DNA of 32,000 nt from Gemmata obscuriglobus (GCF_008065095.1 NZ_CP042911.1:1140001-1172000); one strand, 5' to 3'. Shown: positions 1-8,140, counted from the first letter of the stretch. Notes: generated by a model from the letters alone, not told the origin. Numbers and translations: made by a program.

Positions 1-45
1 GTGTCTCGTTACTCATACGTGAACCCGCAATGGGTGTCGCCTTTC

Positions 46-112
46 TTGACGAGCCGCGACCGCCAGGGAGCGGTGCCACGTACCCCGCTCCCTGGCGGTC
101 GCGGCTCGTCAA
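46..112. repeat. palindromic repeat, family C (28-bp perfect arms, 11-nt loop)
   Basis: ttgacgagccgcgaccgccagggagcgg and ccgctccctggcggtcgcggctcgtcaa are exact reverse complements. The same element recurs at 24058-24124 (loop differs by 1 nt), with a decayed piece near 25480-25530. The flanks (about 1-45 and 113-155) are also similar between copies. Confidence 0.9.
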
Positions 113-190
113 GAAAAGCGACACCACCACCGAGCACATGTATCAGAGCGGGCGCCGACAACCCGACCGCCGCACGAGGACATCGCTCAC

Positions 191-715
191 GTGAAGAAGC
201 TACTACTTGGGCCGGCGGTGTTTTGCTTGTTGACGACCGGGTGCGGGGGATGCCTCGGGAAGCCGTCCGCCGGGAGCTATGACCTGGTCGTGGGCGCCCA
301 GACAACGACACTGCCGGCCTACGACGACCCCGTGCTCATTCAGAACGACATCCTTTCCCATCTCAAACCGCTCTGGGACAACCTGCAATCCGGGGAATCG
401 GTCACGTTCTACTGCACGCGAAACACACTCTTCCAGCTCGGGGCCAGCGGCAACGAGATCGAGAGCGAACGCCGTGGCGCCATCCCGGTGACCGTAACAA
501 CGCCTTCGTTCAGGTTCTTCAAGGACAGGCACGGCACGAACGGGCTGGAGCAAGCCGAGCCGGACCGGCCCCCCTCGCCGATGATATCGGGCGCCGACCT
601 CAAGTGGACCGTCGTCGAGCAGTACCTTCGGGCCGGTGCGCTCAGCACCCAGAAGGTTCGTGAGCTGCTGCAAGGCGGTTGGGGCGATCCGGTGAACGCG
701 CCCGGCGGCAAGTAG
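191..715 (+). CDS. putative lipoprotein, unknown function (174 aa)
   Basis: GTG-initiated ORF. The N-terminus VKKLLLGPAVFCLLTTGCGG has a basic n-region, a hydrophobic core and a lipobox-like L-T-T-G-C. Its composition is balanced, unlike the Arg/Pro/Gly-rich overlapping ORFs. The last ~10 codons and the stop lie inside the family F repeat. Confidence 0.55.
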   Translation: MKKLLLGPAVFCLLTTGCGGCLGKPSAGSYDLVVGAQTTTLPAYDDPVLIQNDILSHLKPLWDNLQSGESVTFYCTRNTLFQLGASGNEIESERRGAIPVTVTTPSFRFFKDRHGTNGLEQAEPDRPPSPMISGADLKWTVVEQYLRAGALSTQKVRELLQGGWGDPVNAPGGK

Positions 716-906
716 TTGTTCAACGCACTCACGTCGCGAACTCCGCGCAAGCCCGCGCGACCGGAGCCGTCGTTCCGTCCGCCCTTGAGCCGCGCCCCGG
801 TGCAACGCCACCTCGGCCCGTCCACGGTGTGCGGTGCCATCAGATAGATGGGGGCCGTGCCAAGTACGCCGCGCGGCTGTAACGGGGGTTACACCGAATC
901 CGGTGG
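687..906 (+). repeat. ~200-bp dispersed repeat, family F, copy 1
   Basis: Aligns by eye along its length with 5822-6028, differing at a handful of substitutions and one short indel block. Both copies begin and end with atccggtg. Both start at or just after the 3' end of a plus-strand gene. A 15-nt exact fragment, gtgcggtgccatcag, recurs at 31133-31147. Confidence 0.85.
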
Positions 907-1135
907 CTCCAGGTGTGCGGCAGGCAACGGGCTGCCTCTGTGGAGCGCGGCCGTCCCGGCCGCCTGGCGACGCACACGAATACGGTACGCGCGCGTCTCC
1001 AGTTCCTCGGCGGAAAGCGGACGGGACGAGCTGTTGGCGCGCAGCCACTCGCCGGCGGCGATCAGGGACGCCAGCACGACCACCGGGGCAGCAACTTGCG
1101 GAAGATGACTCCCCTCAAAGCGTCTGGCGCGCCCA

Positions 1136-1522
1136 TTACCCGGTGACCGCGGCTACGACCGCACCGGCGGCGCGGAGCGCGTCGGCGGCAGGCTTGCACA
1201 CGGCCGCGAGGCTGTCGAGCCAGCGGGTCACGCGCCCCGGGCGCGCGGGGTCGGGGTCGGTCTTCTTCACCTCGTCCTGAATCTTTCCGACCGTGCCGGC
1301 GGCATCGGCGCGGTCCGGTTCGGCGAGCGTCGCCTGCTTGAGTTCCGCCAGGGCCTTCGTGACCGCGGCCGTGAGGTCGCCCGGCGACGTCTGCGCCGCC
1401 TGAGTCACGTGCGCGATGATCTGTTCCGCGGTGACGCTCGCGCCGCGGCCGATCGCGGACCCGACCACGGTCCCCGAAACGGTGAACGTGTCGCCGCCGG
1501 TGTTCTTGGGCTCGTCGGACAT
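1136..1522 (-). CDS. small protein (128 aa) with an N-terminal Gly/Ser/Val motif shared with the neighbouring giant protein, followed by a helical Ala-rich C-terminal part
   Basis: Internal ATG at 1522 with AGGAG 9 nt upstream (reverse complement of 1523-1540). The longer 218-aa version has an Arg/Gly/Pro-rich, non-protein-like extension. Residues 10-37 (GDTFTVSGTVVGSAIGRGASVTAEQIIA) match residues 898-925 of the 1892-5791 product at 17/28 positions without gaps. Confidence 0.7.
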   Translation of the reverse strand: MSDEPKNTGGDTFTVSGTVVGSAIGRGASVTAEQIIAHVTQAAQTSPGDLTAAVTKALAELKQATLAEPDRADAAGTVGKIQDEVKKTDPDPARPGRVTRWLDSLAAVCKPAADALRAAGAVVAAVTG

Positions 1523-1891
1523 CGGAACGGCTCCTGAAGGTGAGTGCGGTGAAGAACCCCTCCCCAACCCCTCCTCCATGCTCGCCGGTCCTGTCAGCAG
1601 AGCTTCCCGCGGACCGGCGGAGAAGGGAGGGGCTTCAAGCCACTGCGCACCGATTCCGCATCGGAAGCGCGGTTGCTTTGCTCCCCCTCTCTTCTTAGGA
1701 GAGGGGGTTAGGGGGAGAGGTTCTTCGCCCCGCGGACCAGCCGACACGTCGTTACGATCGTACCCGCCGGCGCCCCCGCGCCCAAGGCTCACCGGTGTTA
1801 ATTCTCACAGCGCGAGATCGCGCACCGGGCGCTTGCGTTCGCACCGCCGTTCGGCCAGCATGGGCGAATCATTCCTCTGAGGGTTCGCCCG

Positions 1892-4800
1892 ATGGCCAAG
1901 AAGAAGAAGCCGAAAGCCGCTGCCAAGCCAAAACCGAAACCGAATTCCCTACCAAAGCTACCGGAGAGCGAGAACCCGGACGCCATCCCACCCGGGTTCA
2001 CGCTTAGGCATACGCTCCGCGGGCACACGGGCTGGATTGCTCGGCTCGCGTGGTCGCCTAGTGGACAATTAATTGCAACACCGTCAGATGACACAACGGT
2101 ATTTATATGGGATGCAGAAAAAGGAGAGCATTTACGAACGCTGAAAGGGCACACTTACGGCGCACGCGCGGTATCATGGTCGCCGAACGGGCGATTGCTG
2201 GCGTCATCCGGTATGAACCGACAAATAAAAATATGGAATTTTGTAACTGGTGAACACGTACGCACCCTAGAGGGGCACAGCGCCAACGTGAGCTCCCTGT
2301 CGTGGTCGCCGGATGGGCTGCTTTTGGCATCGGCTGGTTATGACAGCACGATAAGGGTGTGGAATGCCGAAACCAGCCAGCAAGTGCGCATCCTAGAAGG
2401 TCATGCCACGTCTGCTAACGCAACCTCATGGTCCCCAGACGGGCAGCTCCTTGTCTCAGCAGCAAGTGACGCGACGGTACGGGTGTGGGATGCGAAAACC
2501 GGTAAGCAAGTGTGCATCCTGAGAGGCCATACCGAGGATGTCTGCGCGGCGTCATGGTCCCCGAGCGGGCAGCTACTTGCCTCGGCGGCAGGTGACAAGA
2601 CAATACGGGTGTGGGACGCAAGAACCGGTAAGCAAGTGTGCATCCTAGAAGGTCATACGAGAGGGGTCCGTGCCGTATCGTGGTCTCCGGACGGACGGCT
2701 CTTGGCCTCGAAATCCTCTGACGGAACGTTTCGGCTTTGGCGTAGCGACGCTTGGGTACAGGCCGTTGCTCTACCAGAGCCCGCAGCCACGTCTAAGCCC
2801 CCGAGCCTGGCATTTCATCCGTCGCGCCCTGTCCTGGCGACCTTAACTGACGACGACAAGTCGGTTCGGATCTGGGATCTGGACATCGACCTCATCTTGA
2901 GCCGAACCCCAGCCGCACCGCCCACTGCGTATAAGTCGGCGAAGGTGGTCGTCCTCGGCGACAGCAACGTCGGCAAGTCGTGGCTCGCGTCACAACTGTT
3001 CGAGAAGCGCCACCCTACGGAAGACGAGCGCGGGACCACGCACGGGATGCGCATCTGGAAGAAGCCAGCGGGAGAGTTCCACACCAGCGCCGCCGCGCCC
3101 ATCGGCGAGGACCGGGAGGTATTCCTGTGGGACTTTGGCGGACAACCGGAATACCAACTCGTTCACCAGATGTTCCTGCACGACAGCGCCCTCGCGCTGA
3201 TCCTTTTCGACCCGACCCGTAGCAATGCCGAGCGGGATAAGGCCAAGGCGTGGAACCTGCGGCTCGGCAAACAGATCGGCCACCGCACAGTCGTCAAATT
3301 CCTGGTCGGGGCGCAGGTCGATGACGATGCAAAGGCGAAGCTCATCGATCGGGCCGCGATCGATAAGCTTCGCTCCGATTGCGGGTTCAACGACTTCTAC
3401 CCGACCAGCGGCATGACTGGTTACGGGGTCGAGGAGTTGCGTGCGGCGCTCGCCGGAGCCATCGACTGGTCGCTCGGTCAGACCACTCGGCCGGAGTTGT
3501 TCCAGCGCATCCGCGAAGAAATAGATGCTCGGCGAGCCGCGGGCGAGGTCGTCGTCACCCTGCGTGCGTTCAATGACGCGCTGCGCAAGAAGTTCCCCCA
3601 CATCTTCGCGGAAGACGCGGCCCGTGCAGTCACCGACCAACTCGCCGGGCAGGGACTTCTCGCTAAAACGCAAACCCGCGACGGAGGCGAGGCGCTGATC
3701 CTGCGGGTGGATGTGGTCGAGAAGTACGCCGGCTCGCTCATCTTCCTCGCCCGCGACAACCCGCGTGGCGTCCCGGCACTCCCGGAGAGCGACCTCGGCG
3801 TGCGACAAAATACCCTTCCCTGGACGGGAAAAGACCGGCTCGCGTGGGAGCAGGAACGGATCGTTCTGGAGTGCGTGACCGAATTGATGATCCGCCACGG
3901 GGTGTGCTTCCGCCACCAGGGCGTACTGGTATTCCCAACCCTGTTTCCGGAGGCGCAAACAGAAGCCGATGCAGAACCGCTCGCGCACGCCGTACCGCTG
4001 TGGTACGATTTCACCGGCGCCATCGACAACGTGTTTGCGTCACTGGTCAGCGGCCTCATGGTGCTGCACACGTTCGGTACGGGTCGGCTTTTGCCTGGGC
4101 GCGCTGAGTTCGACGACCCGGATCACGGGCTATGTGGACTCCGCCGACTCGCCCGTCCGGGTGGACTCGCTCACCTCGAACTGTTCTTCGGTCCCAAGAC
4201 CGCGCAGCCCCACCGGGATAAGTTCGTCGCCTATGTCGAAGCTCACCTCCGAGAGTACGGCGTGGAGGTCGCCGAATGTCAGGCCATCAAGTGCCCGGGG
4301 TGCGGCAAAGAGATCAACGAGGAGACCGTGCGCGAACGGATCGCCGACGGCAAGGAGGACGTGGTGTGTGGCCGATGTGAGCGCCGGACCCCAATTCAAG
4401 TAAGCTTGCTTGCCGGTGGAATCGCCGAGGTGCGCGAGCGCGACCCGCAGACCGACGTGAAGGTGCTCGCACTACGTCAAGAAATCAAAGAACAACTCGC
4501 GCTTGACGCGTTAATAGCCAAGGCGGTTATCGCGGCGGTAGACGGTGCCCCGCTTGACGCCCGGTCAATTCACATCCACATCGGCGACCGGTTTGATAAC
4601 TCCGGCACCATCACCGGCTCGGCCGTCGGGCGCGAGGCACAAGTAACGGCCCAAGACATCGTTGCCGCGGGGAATACTGCTGCTCGCGTCGCGAAGGCCA
4701 CCCCAGGGGCGGCAGGTGGTGACGTTAAACGCGTCCGCATTCTGCACCTGAGCGACCTGCACTTCACCAAAGGTACCGACTGGCGGCAGCACCTGGACCC

Positions 4801-5791
4801 GCTGCTCCACGACCTCAGCCACGCCGACCTGAAGTGCGACGTGGTTCACCACCTCGTTGTCAGTGGGGACTTCGTGGACAAGGGTGCCGGCGTGGCGTTC
4901 CACCCGGCGCGCGAGTTCGTGTCGGCGCTGCGCGAGCGGCTCGGGATCTCGATCGAGCGCGTGGTGCTGGTGCCCGGCAACCACGATGTGGTGGACGACG
5001 ACGCGTTCTACGAGTGGCGTAGCAAAAAGGACGGGTTGAAGGAGGGAGAGTACACCCCGAAGGGGGACGGGTTTCTAACGCGCAACTCGAAGACCTGGCC
5101 GAAGCGGTTCAAGCCGTTCTCCGACCACCTGTACCACCCCCTGTTCCAGCAGCCGTACCCGCTCAAGCCGGACGACCAGGGGCAAGGGTTCCCGACGGGC
5201 CGCACCAACGTGCAGTTCCTCGCGTTCAACTCCGCGTGGGCCGTGGACCAGACGGACCGCAAGCGGAGCGGGCTGCACCCCGGGGCGCTGCTGAAGGGCA
5301 TCGGCGCCGCGGACGGACACGAGAAGAATCTCCCCGGCCTGCGCCCCCCACTACGGGTGGCGGTGTGGCACCACGCGCTGATGCATCCGGACGGAATGAA
5401 GGACGAGTCGCCGGTGGAGCACCTGACGAACGCCGGAGTGCGGATCATATTGCACGGGGACGTTCACGAGGCGAACCCGGCGGCGAACCCGTTCCGCTGG
5501 CCCGGGCTGGTGGTGCTCGGGGCCGGGGCCTTCGGGGCTGAAGCGACGGCCCGCCCGGAATCGATCCCGGGTTTGTACCAGGTGATCGAGTTGTACACCG
5601 GCGACGGCCCGGGCGGGTACGAGTGGGCACGGGTCCACACCCGCGCCCGCGCGAAGGTCAACGGCCCCTGGGAGGGCTGGTACAACTGGCGTGACCCGGA
5701 CGGTGGAAACCGGCGGGTGTCGCACTTCGACGTGGACCTGAAGACCGGCGCCCCGCGCCCGGCCGCCGCGCGCCCGGCGGCCCGAAGCTAA
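1892..5791 (+). CDS. multidomain ROCO-like protein: WD40 repeats, Roc-type small GTPase, COR-like region, zinc ribbon, calcineurin-like metallophosphoesterase (1299 aa)
   Basis: ATG with GAGGG about 10 nt upstream. aa 38-330: seven WD40 blades (GH...SWSPDGxLLAS...DxT[IV]R[IV]WD). aa 349-526: GTPase with G1 GDSNVGKS, G3 DFGGQ, degenerate G4 VGAQVD and G5-like TSG. aa 527-795: COR-like, judged by position and length only. aa 801-829: CPGC-x21-CGRC zinc ribbon. aa 898-925: the shared motif. aa 947-1250: metallophosphoesterase with all motifs intact (LSDLHF, SGDFVDKG, PGNHD, WHH, LHGDVHE). Confidence 0.95.
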   Translation: MAKKKKPKAAAKPKPKPNSLPKLPESENPDAIPPGFTLRHTLRGHTGWIARLAWSPSGQLIATPSDDTTVFIWDAEKGEHLRTLKGHTYGARAVSWSPNGRLLASSGMNRQIKIWNFVTGEHVRTLEGHSANVSSLSWSPDGLLLASAGYDSTIRVWNAETSQQVRILEGHATSANATSWSPDGQLLVSAASDATVRVWDAKTGKQVCILRGHTEDVCAASWSPSGQLLASAAGDKTIRVWDARTGKQVCILEGHTRGVRAVSWSPDGRLLASKSSDGTFRLWRSDAWVQAVALPEPAATSKPPSLAFHPSRPVLATLTDDDKSVRIWDLDIDLILSRTPAAPPTAYKSAKVVVLGDSNVGKSWLASQLFEKRHPTEDERGTTHGMRIWKKPAGEFHTSAAAPIGEDREVFLWDFGGQPEYQLVHQMFLHDSALALILFDPTRSNAERDKAKAWNLRLGKQIGHRTVVKFLVGAQVDDDAKAKLIDRAAIDKLRSDCGFNDFYPTSGMTGYGVEELRAALAGAIDWSLGQTTRPELFQRIREEIDARRAAGEVVVTLRAFNDALRKKFPHIFAEDAARAVTDQLAGQGLLAKTQTRDGGEALILRVDVVEKYAGSLIFLARDNPRGVPALPESDLGVRQNTLPWTGKDRLAWEQERIVLECVTELMIRHGVCFRHQGVLVFPTLFPEAQTEADAEPLAHAVPLWYDFTGAIDNVFASLVSGLMVLHTFGTGRLLPGRAEFDDPDHGLCGLRRLARPGGLAHLELFFGPKTAQPHRDKFVAYVEAHLREYGVEVAECQAIKCPGCGKEINEETVRERIADGKEDVVCGRCERRTPIQVSLLAGGIAEVRERDPQTDVKVLALRQEIKEQLALDALIAKAVIAAVDGAPLDARSIHIHIGDRFDNSGTITGSAVGREAQVTAQDIVAAGNTAARVAKATPGAAGGDVKRVRILHLSDLHFTKGTDWRQHLDPLLHDLSHADLKCDVVHHLVVSGDFVDKGAGVAFHPAREFVSALRERLGISIERVVLVPGNHDVVDDDAFYEWRSKKDGLKEGEYTPKGDGFLTRNSKTWPKRFKPFSDHLYHPLFQQPYPLKPDDQGQGFPTGRTNVQFLAFNSAWAVDQTDRKRSGLHPGALLKGIGAADGHEKNLPGLRPPLRVAVWHHALMHPDGMKDESPVEHLTNAGVRIILHGDVHEANPAANPFRWPGLVVLGAGAFGAEATARPESIPGLYQVIELYTGDGPGGYEWARVHTRARAKVNGPWEGWYNWRDPDGGNRRVSHFDVDLKTGAPRPAAARPAARS

Positions 5792-5821
5792 AGAGTGTTC
5801 CCGCGTGCCGCGATTGGACCC

Positions 5822-6028
5822 ATCCGGTGAACGCGGGATGGGTCGGCTCGCACTCACGTCGCGAACTCCGCGCAAACCCCGCGCCGACCGGAGCCGTCGT
5901 TCCGTCCGCTCCTGAGCCGCGCCCCGGCGCAACGCCACCTCGGCCCGGCTACGGTGTGCGGTGCCATCAGATAGATAGGGGCCGGGTGCGCCGCGCGGCT
6001 GTAACGGGGGTTACACCGAATCCGGTGG
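5822..6028 (+). repeat. ~200-bp dispersed repeat, family F, copy 2
   Basis: See 687-906. This copy starts 31 nt after the stop of the 1299-aa gene. Confidence 0.85.
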
Positions 6029-6043
6029 AATCGTGCCTTTGCC

Positions 6044-6148
6044 GGAGCGCGGGCCTCTGGCCCGCTGGTACGCCCCAAAAGTGAGCCTCGGGTACACGCG
6101 CAGCCGAGCCGAACCGCGTAACAACAGCGGGCCAGAGGCCCGCGCTCC
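6044..6148. repeat. 24-bp perfect inverted repeat with a 57-nt spacer
   Basis: ggagcgcgggcctctggcccgctg (6044-6067) and cagcgggccagaggcccgcgctcc (6125-6148) are exact reverse complements. Confidence 0.9.
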
Positions 6149-6250
6149 AGAAAAGGCCACAACGCACACGCGCTTCAACCGGGTCGGCTACCACACTCGC
6201 GGTACGAGTACAGCCGATGGGGGCACGACGAGACACCCGCTGGCACCGTC

Positions 6251-6294
6251 GCTGCCGATTCGCTGCCGATTCGCTCCCGATTCGCTACCCGTTC
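6251..6294. repeat. 11-bp tandem repeat, 4 units
   Basis: gctgccgattc gctgccgattc gctcccgattc gctacccgttc, which is two perfect units followed by two decaying units. Confidence 0.9.
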
Positions 6295-6623
6295 GCGGGC
6301 GTTGGAGTGGGTTCAGTTGTGCGGCTTTTGCCGTCGGCGGCGGTCAATGTCCGGACGGGGCCGCGACCCGGAAGCGAAGTTAGATCATTGCGGCGTGAAT
6401 ACTCTCGGACATTATCAGAGGGTGAGCCGCGTCATGACGCCTGTTACCCGACCGCCGCAACCGCCCCGCACCGGTGACGAAACGGGTGTGTGCACACGAG
6501 ATATCGTCGTCCGGATTGCGAATAACCGTGCGGTCGCGCATTCCGTTGGAGTGCCGGGGCAGGCGAGAATGGACGCCGCGACCGGTTACGGACCGTTTAC
6601 CTACTGCGAGGAGCGAGACCACC

Positions 6624-6983
6624 ATGAAGGGCATCGAGCGGCTCGTGTTCGTCGGCCTGAACGGGTACGCGGTGGCGCTGGACCGCGAGACCGGCGAAAT
6701 CGTCTGGTCCAACAACGAACTCAAGTCCGGGTACGTCACCCTGCTGCTGGACGGGGACCGGCTGATCGTGTCCACGAACGGGTACATCTTCTGCCTGGAC
6801 CCGCTCACCGGCCGGGTCATCTGGAACAACCACATGAAGGGGTACGGCGGCGGGGCGCCGACGGCGCTCGTGTCGGTGCGCGGGCAGAGTTCGCAGGTGC
6901 TGACCCAGCAGGCGGCCGAGGCGACCGCGTGGCAAGCCGCCGCGTCGGCCAACCACACCACCAGTCACACCACGTCCAGTTGA
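6624..6983 (+). CDS. small PQQ-like beta-propeller-repeat protein (119 aa)
   Basis: ATG at 6624 preceded by GGAG at about -12. Repeated G-x-[VI]-[VI]-W motifs (ETGEIVWSN, LTGRVIWNN) are spaced like PQQ/BamB-type blades. The upstream part of the 169-aa ORF is Arg-rich and not protein-like. Confidence 0.6.
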   Translation: MKGIERLVFVGLNGYAVALDRETGEIVWSNNELKSGYVTLLLDGDRLIVSTNGYIFCLDPLTGRVIWNNHMKGYGGGAPTALVSVRGQSSQVLTQQAAEATAWQAAASANHTTSHTTSS

Positions 6984-7036
6984 CGGCGGACGCGGGCGGG
7001 CCGCACCGGCGCGCGCGGTCCCGGCCCGGGGGCGCG

Positions 7037-7924
7037 TCACTTCTTCTTCGGGGCCGGCTTCACCACGGGCGTGTCGTCGGCGTTGCCCCACTCGGACCAG
7101 CTCTGGTAGTAGTTCCGCACGTCCGTCGCGCCCATCAGCTCCAGCCCGTAGGCCATGACCGACGCCCGGCCCCCGGACTGGCAGTGGGTGGCGGTCGGGC
7201 GGCTCAGCTTGATGCCGGCGGCGTCGAACAGCGTCTTCAACTCGTCCGCCGGTTTGAAGCGGTGCGAGTCCGCGTCGATCAGGTCGGACCACTCCAGTTG
7301 CTTCGCCCCGGGGACCGCGCCGGCCCGCTTGTTCTTCAGCGCGTCGAGGCCGCAGAACTCCCCCTCCGAGCGGGCGTCCACGATCTGGAGCGTGCCGCCC
7401 GGGAGGGACTTGAGCAGTTCGTCCTTCGTGGCCATCCGCTCCGGGGCGGCGACGGCCTTGAACGCGCTGGGCTTGACCACGGGTTCCGCCTTCTCTGTGG
7501 GGTGCTTCCCCTTCTCCCACCCGAGCCAGCCGCCGTTGAGGAGGCGCACGTCCTTCACGCCCCAGTAGCGGAGGACCCACCAGACGCGGGCCGCGTCCTT
7601 GGCCCGGCTGTCGTCGTACACGACCACGCGGCTGTCGGCGGTCAGGCCCAGGCCCGCGACCCGCTTCGACCACCCCGCCGCGTCCCGGCCGTCGCCGAAG
7701 CCCTTGGCCCACTCGGCGTGGTCCACCCACCGGGCGCCCGGCACGTGCCCGGCGTCGTACTTGGCCCGCGGCCGGGCGTCGAGGACGACGAGCCCTTTGG
7801 GCGCTCCGGGGCCGGCGAGGGCGGCCGGTTCGACCAGCAGGTCCGGCCGCGGGTAGTCCCCGGCCCGGCCCATTCCGGCCGCGGCGAGCGCCGCGACCGC
7901 GGCGAGTGTAACGAACCTTGTCAC
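7037..7924 (-). CDS. secreted tandem-rhodanese sulfurtransferase (thiosulfate/3-mercaptopyruvate type, 295 aa)
   Basis: GTG at 7924 with AGGAGGA 6-7 nt upstream (tcctcct at 7931-7937). Signal-like N-terminus VTRFVTLAAVAALAAAGMG. Two rhodanese halves (VVLDARPRAKYDAGHVPGA... and QIVDARSEGEF...) with an active-site loop HCQSGGRAS. Confidence 0.9.
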   Translation of the reverse strand: MTRFVTLAAVAALAAAGMGRAGDYPRPDLLVEPAALAGPGAPKGLVVLDARPRAKYDAGHVPGARWVDHAEWAKGFGDGRDAAGWSKRVAGLGLTADSRVVVYDDSRAKDAARVWWVLRYWGVKDVRLLNGGWLGWEKGKHPTEKAEPVVKPSAFKAVAAPERMATKDELLKSLPGGTLQIVDARSEGEFCGLDALKNKRAGAVPGAKQLEWSDLIDADSHRFKPADELKTLFDAAGIKLSRPTATHCQSGGRASVMAYGLELMGATDVRNYYQSWSEWGNADDTPVVKPAPKKK

Positions 7925-8140
7925 GGGTGTTCCTCCTGATAGAGCGGGCGCGTGCGGCCCGCCCGGCAGCGTTCCGACGGTTCCGTTGTAGCCGCCCCCG
8001 CGCCCCCGACGCCACCCCGAACCGGCCACGGGACCACCACGAACGGGACGGCACCGCCCGCCGGCCCGGTGCCCGACTCCCGAAACGCCCCGAGCTTGCA
8101 CCGCCGGGCGAATCGGTCATGCTAACGGCGGAGGTGCCCG

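Noticed and set aside
1523-1792. The 90-codon N-terminal extension of the small partner protein (the 218-aa version of the 1136-1792 ORF).
   Set aside because: The extension is Gly/Arg/Pro-rich and runs through intergenic repeat sequence (the ccccctctc / gagaggggg hairpin at 1683-1707). The internal ATG at 1522 has a good AGGAG RBS.
7925-8101. The upstream extension of the rhodanese ORF to 8101.
   Set aside because: The GTG at 7924 is preceded by AGGAGGA and yields a proper signal peptide. The extension is Gly/Arg-rich.
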